Of a stretch of DNA of 64,000 nt, positions 1 through 13,217 are shown in pieces; position 1 is the stretch's first letter; every line of letters starts with the position of its first letter. Origin of the DNA: Octopus vulgaris (Eukaryota); assembly GCA_951406725.2 (NCBI GenBank), contig OX597843.1, positions 15,438,001 through 15,502,000 on the forward strand. Reading direction: 5' to 3'. The notes below the pieces were generated by a model. The model saw only the letters and a list, made by a program, of their open reading frames with translations, had not been told where the DNA came from and ran no database searches. Position numbers and translations under genes: made by a program.

Positions 1-1376
1 AGATTGCTGTAGACAACCACCACCACCACCCATAAGAAGGCTCTTGTGTGCGTGTCCCACAACGTGGTCTTTCGATCTGCGACCCCTGAAATCACATCCT
101 AGCACATTAATAATAAACATAAATGCATGAAGGGGCTGAAAGTCGAATTTATCCTCACCCCTCTCATGTATTTTTGCGTTAATTAAACGAAGATAGCCAG
201 AGTTATGAACATTTGATGAAAGTCGACTCTAACTAAATAACAACAAACGAACTTTTTTAATTAAAAAAATAGAGGGGTCAAGATCCTAACTGACCACTTT
301 AGGACGTGGGGGAGGCCTGTCGACGAAGGACAAAGGGGCTTAAAGGGGTAAAAGAAATAATTAACAGAGTCCCTTCTTGGTGTTGTTTGTGTTAATTAAA
401 TGAGACAAGTTTAAGTAAACTTGATTCCCGGGTCTAATTAACAAAAGGATAGTTTTTTAATTGAAAAAAAAAAAGATTCAAGCTCCTTAATGACCCCTTT
501 AAGGAGTATGAGAACTGTTCTACAAATAATAGATAGTTCTTCAAAAGGAAAACAAACATCGAGCGGGATGAGATGATTTCTATGTAGTTCTTCCTGGTTT
601 ATTTCCTGAAGACGAACGAGACGAGCCATAAAATACGACGGAAAAACACAGAAGGGTTTTAAATAATTAAAAGGAAGGAATAACATAAAAATAGAGGCTT
701 TCAAGTTTCCCAAAGATAACTTTTAAGGAGCTTTTCTAGTAAGGGCTAGAAAAAAAAAAAAAAGATTCGGTGAGTCAAAGTTAATTACAAGACAAAAATA
801 TGAGCATAATTACAGATTAGTGCCCCGCAAAACTTTGTTCCCTTATTGAAAAATGCAAGTTTTTAAATGAAATTCTGCAAAGATATGTTTTTGAGGGTGT
901 AGGTTAAGAAAAGATGGTAACATTATATAAAGAAGTTTCAGATCATTTTCCCACCCACCTCCCGCCTTTGTTTTACTCATAACTTTCTTTAAAATACATA
1001 TTTTTCAATGACATTTTACAGAAATACGTTTTCATGAGTGTAGATTACATAATGCCGATGCTTTAAAAAGAAGCACTTGATAAAAAAAATTAAATTAAGT
1101 TTAAAATAGCAAAGTTTCGAGAAAGTGGTGACAACAAACTTAGAGTGGAAGGGGAGAAAAAGGATCTGAAATACCTCCGAAACAAACATAGACTTTTTTT
1201 CTCCTTTTTTCGAAAATTTCCTCACCATAATTGTAAAATACGTCATCGAAATCACATTTCTGCACAAACTTCATTAAAAACCATGCACGCCAGAGAAAGT
1301 GACAAAATAAACAAGTGCAGGGCCCGAAAGTGTAGTTATGCCCCGTAATAATAATAATAATAACAATCGTACTTAC

Positions 1377-1490
1377 TTCTTTGAAAGCATAAGGTAGTCC
1401 GAGTACACCTCCACCGATGAAAGACACGAAGATGTTAGCAATTACACTAAACAGACCCTTTTCTTTGCTCCCTTTCTCTAGGAAAGTCAT
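1377..1490 (-). CDS. First coding exon of an amino-acid transporter (Aa_trans / AAAP family, AVT3/ANT-like); the rest of the gene lies beyond the left window edge
   Basis: ATG at 1490 gives MTFLEKGSKEKGLFSVIANIFVSFIGGGVLGLPYAFKE, followed by a GTAAGT donor (phase 0). The N-x-F-x-S-F-I-G-x-G-V-L-G-L-P-Y-A-F pattern is the TM1 signature of the family. Confidence 0.85.
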
Positions 1491-1779
1491 AGTTAGGCGG
1501 ACGGAGGAAGCCGAAGGTTTGGGAGTCTCCTCTTGTCTCGTCTCTCTGTCTCTCAATCCGGTTCGTGGACCCACAGGCTGTTTTAATTAGCCTCACCAGG
1601 GATCGATCTTAAGTTCACTTCGCTCGCCGCCGCCGCCCGTCCGTCTTCTCCCACCCACCCACCGTCCGTCTTGCCTTTTCGAAAGTTTTTTACTTTTTTA
1701 TTATTATTTTTTGTATGTTTTTGCTCTACTTTTTGTTGATACTTTTTCAAAAGCTTTTCTTTTTTTTCTTTTCTAAAAC

Positions 1780-2132
1780 TTCTCTCTTACCCTCTCTCTC
1801 TCTCTCTCTCTCTCTCCCTCCCTCTCTCTCCCACACATACTTTCTCCTTCGACCTCTTACTCTCTCTCTCTATTACTCACTCTATCTTTCTTTCTATCTC
1901 TCCTTACGCCTCCTCCTCCTTCGCTTTATATCTTCTCTTCCCACACCCTTTCTCACACACTCACACACTCACACTTTCCTCTATCCAACTCTTACTCTGT
2001 TTTTTACTCCCCCTCTCTATTTCTTTATCTTTCTATCTCTCGCATTGCCCCTTCCTCATATCCATGTATTCATCCCCCTCTCTCACTTTTTATCTCGTAT
2101 CAACCACCTTCTCTCTTCCCGCACCCTTCAGA

Positions 2133-2168
<36 letters not shown>

Positions 2169-3614
2169 CACATTTTCATGTATCTCTCTCTTTCCAGCTC
2201 TTACTCTATTTCTCTTTTACTCTCTCACATTTACCACTCCCTCATTTTCTTCCCCTCTCCCTTTTTATCTCACATCAACCACCGCCTCTCTTCCATTCTC
2301 TCTCTCTCTCCCTCTTCCATTTCAATCGCGTCCCTGAATGCCTTTCACTCTCTTCCCTCTCCCTCTCTTTATCCGTTCTACCACTTCCACTATCTCTTTC
2401 TCTCATTCCTTTTCTCCCTCTCTCACTCACATTCGTTTTCTTTTCTCTGTCTGTCACTCTCTCTCTTCCTCCCATGCTCTCGTTACTCTCTCCCATCTCT
2501 ATCTTTATTTCTATGCCTCCCACTCCGTATGCATATTTATAACTCTTTCTTTTCCCCCTCCCTCTCTTAATAGCTTTCACTCCCAAATACTACGAAATAA
2601 CTATACATTCCTCTCCCTCTCTCTCTCTCTATCAACCTGTCAATGTACTTTCTTTCACATAGCTTTCACTCTTTCACTCTCTATCTTTCTACCTACGTCC
2701 TCTCTCTCTCCCCCTCTCTCTCTCTCTATCAGCCTGTCAATGTACTTTCTTTCACTCTCACCTTTCGCTCTCTATCTTTCTACCTACGTCCTCTCTCTCT
2801 CTCCCCCTCTCTCTCTCTCTCTATCAGCCTGTCAATGTACTTTCTTTCATATAGCTTTCACTCTTTCACTCTCTATCTTTCTACCTACGTCCTCCCCCCT
2901 CTCTCTCTCTCTCTCTCTATTAATTTTATCACTTGTCTCTCAAACTGCTCTTCACTCTCTATCTTTCTATCGATCGATCGATCGATCTAATTATCGATCT
3001 GTCTCTCTATCTGTCCTTCCATCTATCTGTGTGTGTGTATATATATCCTCACTTCAAAGCATTTACTAATCTGTTTCTTACAAAACATGACGTTTATGTT
3101 ACACGACAGGAGAAAGAAACCCGACTGAGCTCGGAGGATATTTCAAATCCATTCTTCTTTCATTACTTCTCTCTCTCCTTCTCTCTTCTTTCTCTTCTTC
3201 CCTTTCCTCTTTCTCGTCCTCTCTTCTTTCTCCTTCTCTCCACCTCTCTCCTCCTCTCTTCTTTCTCCTCTTCCCTTTCCTCTTTCTCGTCCTCTCTTCT
3301 TTCTCCTTCTCTCCACCTCTCTCCTCCTCTCTTCTTTCTCCTTCTCTCCACCTCTCTCCTTCTCTCCACCTTTCTCCTCTTCCCTTTCCTCCTTCTCTCC
3401 ACCCCTCTCCTCCTCTCTTCTTTCTCCTCTTCCCTTTCCTCCTTCTGTGCAAACTTGAAAACGTGGAAGTTTTTACATGGGTATTGAATAGAGACCGAGA
3501 GAGAGAGAGAGAAGGGGGGGGGAAAGATACACTCATCAAGCAGAGCGGGAGGAGAAGAGAAGAAAGGGCGAAACACGGCGGGGGTGGGGATATGAGAGAC
3601 AGACAGAAACAAAG

Positions 3615-3650
<36 letters not shown>
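1780..3650. repeat. Long degenerate (CT)n / polypyrimidine low-complexity tract upstream of the transporter
   Basis: Seen directly; includes short internal tandem duplications at about 2610-2920 and 3180-3445. Confidence 0.9.
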
Positions 3651-3651
<1 letters not shown>

Positions 3652-3962
3652 CTAAAAGCAAAGTATGGAAGACAGGAAGGAAGTAATCCTAACCACGTGT
3701 ATCTTTCTTCTATCCTCGTCTACTACAACTTTGCCTCACTTTTACCCCCGTCCCCTTTTCTATGTCTACGGACCCCATTGGTTACTATTATGTTCTGGAT
3801 TTTATTCTCTACTCATTCCACGCTCATAAACTAGCTCCAAGGATACTTTTTTTTCAGTATTCAAACTCGTTATTTACATCTTAATTTGTGTCGGTTCAGC
3901 TAAGTTAAATGTTTAAGAAACTGAGCTGTTTTTCACAATACATCTGAAGCGATTTTGGCAAA

Positions 3963-4683
3963 GTTTCGGTTGTCGTAGCACAAGTTTTCCGTCGATTTCC
4001 GTAAAAAACTTTTATTTTTTTACATAAGTAATGAGAGCGAAAGAGACTAAGAGGAAGCGATTTTATGACGAGGAAGTTTTCTTTGAAGTTACCGTCTAGG
4101 GGAAGCATTGATGTACATGTGTGTGTGTGTGTTTGATGGGGTGTGGGAGACAGACAGTATGTTGTGTAAGTGAAGTGCTTCTGTTAGTGTGTGTGAAGAG
4201 ACAGAGAGTAATGTGTGAAAGAGAGAGATAACTGAAATTTTTTACTCGGTGTATGTGTATATGTATGTATGTGTATGTGTGTGTGTGTATGTATCTATGT
4301 ATGTGTGTGTGTATGTATGTATGGCCGATTCATTGTAATTACGATGAATCGGCCATACATACATACATACACACACATACATATACACATACACCGAGTA
4401 AAACATTTCAGTTATCTCTCTCTTTCACACATTACTCTCTCTGTCTCTTCACACACACTAACAGAAGCACTTCACTTACACAACATACTGTCTGTCTCCC
4501 ACACCCCATCAAACACACACACACACATGTACATCAATGCTTCTCCTAGACGGTAACTTCAAAGAGAAACTTCCTCGTCATAAAATCGCTTCCTCTTAGT
4601 CTCTTTCGCTCTCATTACTTATGTAAAAAAATAAAAGTTTTTTACAGAAATCGACGGAAAACTTGTGCTACGACATGCGAAAC
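3963..4683. mobile_element. ~720-bp foldback (spacerless inverted repeat), MITE-like; adjoining 4690-4775 resembles a hAT-type subterminal end
   Basis: Arms tgtcgtagcacaagttttccgtcg... and ...cgacggaaaacttgtgctacgaca; axis at gtaa|ttac (4338/4339). ggaccc motifs follow the right arm. Confidence 0.75.
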
Positions 4684-5140
4684 ATCGCCGCGATTTTTTA
4701 TGGACCCTTCGCGTGGACCTTAAAATTTTTTATATGGACCCCCAAGGGTCATATTGAGCCCAGTTGATATCCTCTTATTTTAACTACCCCCACCCTTCCT
4801 CTCTTTTTTAGGACGCATTAAACAGTTTCTCAACTACTGCCTTATTCTTACATATGTGTATGCAATATGTAGAAGTACTTAAAAGATTATTGGTTGTGGT
4901 CGGTCAGAGAAGTACCATTGACGATATAAGCGACTCGTCAAACTTGCTGGAGGCACATAATCTCCGGTAAACGAATCTGGCGAGTCATCTGTGCCGCTAA
5001 GAACGTTAGAGGTGCGAAACCAATGGTCACTCACTGACAGCCAGAACCAGCAAACTTTTAAGCATTACTGCTCTAAAGTTTTTTATAATGTGCTTCCTTT
5101 TTTTCTTTGATTTATTAACCCCTGTGTGTGTGTGTGTGCT

Positions 5141-5294
5141 TCCGCCGACGTCGACTTTGCCTTTCATCCTTTCGGGGTCGATTAAATAAGTACCAGTTAC
5201 GAACTGGAGTCGATATAATCGACTTAATCCGTTTGTCTGTCCTTGTTTGTCCTCTCTGTGTTTAGCCCCTTGTGGGTAATAAAGAAATAGGTAT
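5141..5294 (+). mobile_element. 5'-truncated SINE, family A (octopus-type tRNA-derived SINE)
   Basis: gtcgactttgcctttcatcctttcggggtcg...aagtaccag core that recurs many times in the window. Confidence 0.8.
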
Positions 5295-5754
5295 AAAAAG
5301 TCAAAATGACGGAACTTTCAGTTATGTATATTTGTCGAATCCAGGTAAAAAAAAAAAAAAGTCACGGAAAAAGTCAGAGGGCTTTTGTTCGGATCCCATA
5401 AATTGATTGTGACTTTTTTTTACTGATTTCATTACCGGTCACCATAACTTAATCGTGACTGTATTACCTGTTACCTATCTCTATCTCTTATGGATGTCAT
5501 CAAACATTTAAAATTATATTACACTCACTCTGAGTGAAACATAAACATTTCTGTCAATATTTGATCGTTTAAACACAATTTTCCCAAAAGTTTACTTTGC
5601 GACTTCAAACTCTCCTAAATCGTTTATTTATTTATTTTCATCATTGATAAACCAAAAATTGTTAATCTATTGCAAACTTTACTAACGACCACACGTTTTG
5701 AGATTCAGGTGTATTTTCAAACTTCAAAACATATTCTCCAATATATATATATAT

Positions 5755-6692
5755 ATCACCTTGATCACCATGACTGACCAGTACATTGGGTGTCCATTTG
5801 ACACTGCTGGTCACAGCACGCTGTCCACTCCTCTCTGGATCGTGCCTTTCTCATCCACCTGGTCCCAATTGCCCTCCTGAAATCATAACTCTACCATCAT
5901 GGAGGCCTTCCGAGTGGTCGCTTTCACTCACACAGGTACCAGTTGACAACTGCGTGGGTCCACTGATTATCAGTGAGCCGGGCAATGTGTCCAGGCCTTC
6001 TAAACTTGCTGCGTGTATACACTGTGATGACATCCCTTATGCCATTAAACGCCTTCCATCTGGCCCTTACTCTCTACAAGATCTCCTTTTTGATATCTCG
6101 GCACATATTCACTTCCTGTCCCAGGTAGACATATTCCTTTACCTCCTCTATTTCATCTCTGCCGATCACCATTCGACCTGTGGGTACGTTGTCTGACTGC
6201 ATGAACTTTGTTTTCATGCGGTTCATCTTGAGACCTACTGCAGAGCTTTTGATGTTGAGCTCCGTCAGCATGGTCTGAAGCTGACCCGTGATTTCAGCGA
6301 TGATGAAATAGAGGAGGTAAAGGAATATGTCTACCTGGAACAGGAAATGAATGTGCCGAGACAATGAAAAGGAGATCTTGTAGAGAGTAAGGGCCAGATG
6401 GAAGGCGTTTAATGGCATAAGGGATGTCATCACAGTGTATACATGCAGCAAGTTTAGAAGGCCTGGACACATTGCCCGGCTCACTGATAATCAGTGGACC
6501 CATGCAGTTGTCAACTGGTACCTGCGTGAGTGAAAGCGACCACTCGGAAGGCCTCCATGACAGTGGAGTTATGATTTTAGGAGGGCGATTGGGACCAGGT
6601 GGATGAGAAAGGCACGATCCAGAGAGGAGTGGACAGCGTGCTGTGACCAGCAGTGTCAAATGGACACCCAATGTACTGGTCAGTCAAGGTGA
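5755..6692. mobile_element. RTE-clade RT 3' fragment duplicated as an inverted repeat, inserted in (TA)n
   Basis: Minus strand reads ...GLKMNRMKTKFM...EIEEVKEYVYLGQEV... (RTE RT C-terminal half). 5755-6160 is the reverse complement of 6298-6692 with scattered mismatches. Confidence 0.85.
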
Positions 6693-6714
6693 TATATACG
6701 TATATATATATGCA

Positions 6715-6925
6715 GAGAGCCCCTTTGGTCATGACTGGCCATGAGATTGCACCTAGGAAGTTACTCTCTCAGACACAAGTCCGGGCAATGCTATTTATGG
6801 AAGACCAGCATACCAGCCTCCTCTCTCCACACCACCAGGGTTATCCAAGGGTAAGGTAAAGGGGCTGATACAGCTTGGCACCAGTGATATCGCAACTCAT
6901 TTCTACAGCTGAGTGAACTGGAGCT
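6715..6925 (-). mobile_element. SINE fragment (related copies near 18990-19110 and 36400-36530)
   Basis: Shares atttctacagctgagtgaactggagc with 19020-19050. Confidence 0.6.
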
Positions 6926-7861
6926 TACTTAGGGTCCATGTAGTTTCATAGGCAAAAAAGAATGTTCGACTTCTTGCCTAGAGCGATCCCTTAGCAATAT
7001 CATATCTTCTCCACTATTTCAGTATTACATGTTAAAAGTGAAACAAAAACATTTCTCTATTTTATGTCAGATTCTTTCACTTTCACAATAAAAAAATAGT
7101 AACAATTGAATTATATGTAGTAAGTAATAATTAAAATCAAACTAAAGTATAATATAATCATAACATAACAAAAGTAAAAATAGCAATTGGTATAAAATTG
7201 CATCAATGGTTTGAACTTGAACAAGTGGTTTCTCATGAATGGGAATAAATTAAAAATAAAATTAGCGAGCAGAAATGGAATAGTCCAGATGGATAATAAA
7301 AAATTAAATTAAAGAAAAGACTATTGTCTATAAAGTATACAATGTAGAGAAAAAAGAAGATTTGAACACACGGAGGAAAGCACCTTCGAAAAGTGTCTTG
7401 GTGCGACTATGAAAGGTATCTAATCAGAGGCGGTAAATTCGCCACAATAGAAGCAAGGTTCGAATCAATGGAGCGCGCAAGGGAGTACTCGACTTGAACT
7501 TGCAAAGTGGAAATATTTTATTTTTACCTTTATATCTGGGACGTAGTACGTCCCAGAAAAAAATTTTTAATACCCCCCACCCCCCACCCCAAGTAGAGGT
7601 AGGCTGGATTGTAGCTACACTTCTATACAAGAGGGAGGACAAGATACAATTGATCGAAATTACAAGAGACGGGCTAACAACTCCAGTCTGTTATATATTT
7701 TGAGTATTGTTATCACTAGCGATATCAAGATATAACTTTGTATTTTGCATTTTATGTGTAGATGTATATAAATAGATGTACATGTAATATGTACACATAT
7801 ATATACACATGTATATATGCACTAGCACTATGACCCGGCAATGACGGGTCTTTAATGCTAG

Positions 7862-7898
<37 letters not shown>

Positions 7899-7984
7899 GT
7901 ATGTATATGCGTAAGCTCGCAGGGAATGAAGCCAATATATTCCGCTGGATGTGTAATGTCAGTATGCATACTCGACAAAGTGTA

Positions 7985-8786
7985 AGTACCTTGAGAGAAA
8001 TGTTGGACCTAAGAAGCATCAGTTGTGGTGTGCAAGAGAGATAACTGTGCTGGTATGGTCATGTGGCGAGAATGGATGTGGATAGCTGTGTGAAAAAGTG
8101 CCACACCCTAGCAGTTGAGGGAACCTGTGGAAGAGGTAGACCCAGGAAGACCTGGCATGAAGTGGTGAAACACGACCTTCAAACTTTAGGTCTCACCAAA
8201 GAAATGACTAGCGACCGAGACTTTTGGAAATATGCTGTGCTCAAGAAGACCCGGCAAGCCAAATGAGACCATAACCTCGTGGCCTATGCCAGGGGCGTAA
8301 CCAGCTCACTTATGTGTACCTTTTCTTTCTTTGGACACTAAACTCTGCTTGCGAAGACCTGTTGAGGCAAGTGAAATCAAAATCAATTTCAATGACTGGC
8401 ATCTGTTCTAGCAGGGTGTAAAGAGCACCATACGAGTGTGATCGTTGCCAGAGCGGCTAACTGGCTTCTGTGCCGGTGGCACGTGAAAGGCACTATTCGA
8501 GCGTGATCATTACCAGCATCGCCCTACTGGCACTTGTGCCGGTGGCATGTGTAAAAAGATTCGAGCAAAGTTGTTGCCAGTACTGCCTGACTGACCCCCA
8601 TGCCAGTGGCACGTAAAAAGCACCCACAACACTCTTGGAGTGGTTGGTGTTAGGAAGGGCATCCAGCTGTAGAAACTCTGCCAGATCAAGATTGGAGCCT
8701 GGTGCAGCCATCTGGTTCGCCAGCTCTCAGTCAAATCGTCCAACCCATGCTAGCATGGAAAGCAGACGTTAAACGATGATGATGAT
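7985..8786 (+). mobile_element. RTE-type LINE 3' end (ORF C-terminus plus 3' UTR with (GAT)n tail)
   Basis: WYGHVARMDVDSCVKKC...GRGRPRKTW motif; ends aaacgatgatgatgat. Confidence 0.85.
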
Positions 8787-8956
8787 AGATAGATAGATAG
8801 ATAGATCTAATTACCTGAGTATAAGTCACATGATTATACAGAGTGGGGCAAAAATAAGTCAACAGTTAAAATGAAAATACGTACAATACTCATTTATTTT
8901 TATCAACAAAATTAAAAGCTACAATAAAAGTATTATTATGATTAATGATTAACAAG

Positions 8957-11236
8957 GGGAAGCCTTGTATACCACATCAATGGATACTTTCGGCATGAGA
9001 GAAAGGCAAAACCCAGATTGGGTCAATGCTGGGCTCTCAGAGCTGGAGCCAGTTATCGAAGCAAAGCGTGCAGCTCTGATGCAATACAAGAGTGACTCTT
9101 CTACAAAGTCACTCGAAGAACTCAGAAAGGCAAGAAATAAAACCCAACTGACAGCCAGACGCTGTGCAAATAGGTATTGGCAGGAAATCTGTCAGAGTAT
9201 CCAGTCAGCTGCTGACAGGGGCGACACCCGTGGGAAGTATTCCGGTTTGAAGAAGGCCCTCGGTCCATCCGCAACCAAGTCAGCCCCTCTGAAATCAACT
9301 ACTGGAGATCTCATCAGGGATCAAAGCAAGCAAATGGATAGATGGGTGGAGCACTACCAGGATCTCTACTCACGGGAGACTACAGTAGCTGAGGCTGCAA
9401 TCGAGAGTGTCAAGATCTTGCCAGTCATGTGAGAACTTGACAGTCCGCCATCTATAGCAGAGCTCACCAAGGCTATTGACTCCCTAGCAAGTAACAAGGC
9501 TCCGGGAAAAGACGGCATCCCCTCAGAGATCATCAAAGCCGGCAAAAACACCATCCTGCTTCGGCACCTTCATGAGATTCTGTGTCAGTGCTGGGAAGAG
9601 GGTACAGTCCCTCAGGATATGCGGGATGCTAACATCATTACGCTTTACAAAAACAAAGGTGACCGTGGTGATTGTAACAATTACCGTGGAATATCTCTTC
9701 TAAGCACTGTTGGAAAGACCTTTGCTTGCGTTATCCTGGCCAGGCTACAACTACTTGCTTCTCGAATCTATCCGGAATCGCAGTGTGGCTTTAGAAGAAG
9801 CTGATCAACTATTGACATGATATTCTCCATACGCCAACTTCAGAAGTCCAGAGAGCAGAAATGCCATTATATATGGCCTTCATTGATCTGACAAAGGCCT
9901 TTGACTCTGTAAGTAGAAAAGGCCTCTTCATCCTGCTCCAAAAAACAGATGTCCACCAAAGCTGCTGAGGATCATCAAATCTTTCCATGATGATATGCAA
10001 GGCACCATACAACACAATGGATCAACATCAGCCGCCTTCCAAATAAAAAACGGAGTAAAGCAAGGTTGTGTCCTTGTTCCTACATTATTTAGCATCTTCT
10101 TCGTTGCTGCTCTCACATGCCTTTCAGACATCAAATGATGGAGTGTTTCTGCAGAGTAGAAGTGACGGGAGACTGTTCAGTCTCTCGCGCCTGCGTGGCA
10201 AGACCAAAATAAGAAGCGTCCTGATCAAGGAAATGATGCAGCTCTGGTATCACACACAGAAGAAGCCCTACAAAGGCTCATCAGCTGTTGTGAGCAGGCA
10301 TGTAAAGACTTTGGCTTACCTATCAGCCTCAAGAAGACCAACGTCATGGGTCGGGCTACACCGGACATCCCAAACATACATATTGGAGACCACAGATTAC
10401 AGGAGGTGGGGAAGTTTACCTATCTTGGCTCTACCGACACCTACAACCTATCCCTTGATGCTGAGCTCAAAATACGCATTGGCAAGGCATCTGCTGTGAT
10501 GCCCCAACTCTCCAAATGGGCATTGGACAACTATACGCTGACCAAGACCACAAAAATGAAGATCTACCAGGCATGTGTACTTAGCACTCTACTGTATGGA
10601 AGTGAGACTTGGACACTATACACACGCCAAGAGCGTCGCCTAAACATCTTTCACCTGCGCTGCCTCTGGAAAATCCTCCGCATCAAATGGCAGAATCATG
10701 TCCCCAACGAAGATGTCCTCAGCAAGCAGGAATACCAAGCATGTTTGCACTCCTCACACAAAGACGTATGAGATGGCTTGAGCATGTTAGCCGTATGAAA
10801 GATGGCAGAATCCCCAAGGACATACTCTACGGAGAGCTTGCTAGGGGTACTAGGTCTGTGGGTAGACCGTTCTTACGTTATAAGGATGTTTGCAAAAGGG
10901 ACATGAAGGCCTGCAACATCAAAATTAGCGGTTGGGAGGCAGTTGCCGGCAACCGTGGGGAATGGCGATGTACCGTAAAAGAGGGAATACAAAGGAGTGA
11001 CAGAGAGAGAGAGGAGAAATGGAAAGACAAGAAAAGACGTCAACAAGAGACTATGGCATTACAACCAGCCAGGAACAGTCTTCGCTACATTTGCGGTACC
11101 TGCCAGAGGGAGTGTTTGTCCAGGACAGGACTACACAGCCACAGCAGGAAATGTATCAGGACATGAAATGTAAAAGCCGGACTGGACTACTTTATGCGCA
11201 ACTCCATTTTCTCCCGAGACAAAAAGGATGCCAACA
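8957..11236 (+). mobile_element. 5'-truncated RTE/BovB-like LINE, decayed RT ORF with C-terminal C2H2 finger, 19-bp target-site duplication
   Basis: Motifs KAPGKDGIP, YKNKGDRGDCNNYRGISLLS, PESQCGFR, AFIDLTKAFDSV, GVKQGCVL, LLYGSETW, CGTCQRECLSRTGLHSHSRKC across frameshifts. TSD atgattaatgattaacaag at 8938-8956 and 11237-11255. Confidence 0.95.
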
Positions 11237-12152
11237 ATGATTAATGATTAACAAGCAGTACTTATTCTATCAATCTCTTTTGCCGAACCACTAAGTTAAA
11301 GGGATGTAAACATATCAGCATCGGTTGTCAAACGGGGACAGTGGACAAACACAGACATATATATATATAATATACGATGGGCTTCTTTCTATGTAATATA
11401 TGATGGGCTACTTTTTCTAGCAGGTCGTGCAATCACAACCTATGTTGCTGTAAAAACACCTCTGGTTATTAAAGAAGGGTTTTGTTAGGGGAGTGGACCC
11501 AGAAGTTGTTGTTCACAAACAGCAGCAGTAATTTTCTTCAGCTGAATACACGTCATTGATTGGTTTAAATTACCCAAATACGACAACTTTAACACAAAAT
11601 AACTTCTAAAATACAAAATTTTGTCAAAAACGTTAAGAGTAAACTTTGTTTTACCAGTTTCCAAAGTTTCAAAGTGTTTAGTTAAAAAAAAATTATTTAA
11701 AAAATCTGTCGGACAGATTGAAAAGTTCCAAGAAATAAAAAGAGAGAAAAGGAAGAGAAAATGTGAGGTAAAGCAGTGTAGATGGAGGGGAAGGGTCGAT
11801 GGTCCACTTACCCCAGGACAAGTGGGGTACTCAGCCACGCCTCATGGTAATAACTGTGGTGTGCTGCTGAGAACTGCCACTCCACCTGGCAGGACTCGTT
11901 TATCCCTATTTTGAGGTGGAAAACTTTGTGGTCCAAAAACTCATGCCATGGCAACGGCAACCAGCACAAATGCACAGCAGCCAGCCAACCAGACCCCAGT
12001 TATGAACTCATTTGCATACAGCCAATCTAATTTATGAGTGCATAACAAGTGATGGGCGATAAGATAAGGTCCCTTGGGTAAGGGATGACCATGTTTCTTT
12101 TCTCTGTTAAGAATATTTGTTGTTCTTGTTCTTGTTTCAACCATGGTGTTTC

Positions 12153-12563
12153 TTATCTCTTTATTACCCACAAGGGGCTAAACACAGAGGGGACAAACAA
12201 AGACAGACAAAGGGATTAAGTTGATTATATCCACCCCAATGTGTAACTGGTACTTATTTAATCGACCCCAAAAGGATGAAAGGCAAAGTCCACCTCGGCG
12301 GAATTTGAACTCAGAACATAACGGCAGACGAAATACCTATTTCCTTACTACCCACAAGGGGCTAAACACAGAGGGGACAAACAAAGACAGACAAAGGGAT
12401 TAAGTTGATTATATCCACCCCAATGTGTAACTGGTACTTATTTAATCGACCCCAAAAGGATGAAAGGCAAAGTCGACCTCGGCGGAATTTGAACTCAGAA
12501 CATAACGGCAGACGAAATACTGCTAAGCATTTCGTGCTAACGTTTCTGCCAGCTCTCCGCCTT
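12153..12563 (-). mobile_element. SINE family A, dimeric (internal 3' duplication)
   Basis: Two copies of cccacaaggggctaaacacagag...gaatttgaactcagaac, ending in the reverse complement of the aggcggagagctggcag head. Confidence 0.85.
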
Positions 12564-13217
12564 ACCATGGCTGTTTCTGCGTAGTTATTTGTGTTGTTGC
12601 TAGCACATCCCCCTCTACCCACATTCTTCCCATCCACATCTTTACCATATGGGGCCCTATGTGTGATGTATTGTCATTAACCAGCTGAATACAAGCACCA
12701 AATGCTTCTATGCAACAGTGGTCAGATGGCCTTCAGTTTCTGTCACAATGTAAAAACAATGGCGTAATCCTTGCAACAGACTTGGATGAAGTTGGATTTC
12801 ACCAGCAAAGAAGCACACACGTCCTACGTAAAACACATTCAATACAGTGGAAATAAGAGCACCACAAGAAATCTGTTGTGGTGGACACCCCTCAGGTGAG
12901 TAGTGGACTGGTCCACTGCTAATAAATAGTGGACTGTCTCAATCAGTAAGATCACTCGATGAAGGCATGCTATTCGGACCAGTTCCACAGAGACGATGGA
13001 ATATGTCGTCACAATGGGACATATCAGTGGCGACGAGGATTTGTGGCTCACGCAGTGAAAAAGATTTTGAAAAGAAAAACTGCCTGATAAAAGAGGAACT
13101 CTAACATAGAACTGAACTACACACAGTGAAAAATAATTTGAAGGATTTAAGTCAGGTCACTATATATAGCAGCGCTACCTGTAATAACAGTAATTGGTTC
13201 TACCTGCAGCATTTTGA

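Noticed and set aside
1715-3612. Several Leu/Ser/Phe-rich or Arg/Glu-rich ORFs
   Set aside because: Stop-poor (CT)n low-complexity DNA.
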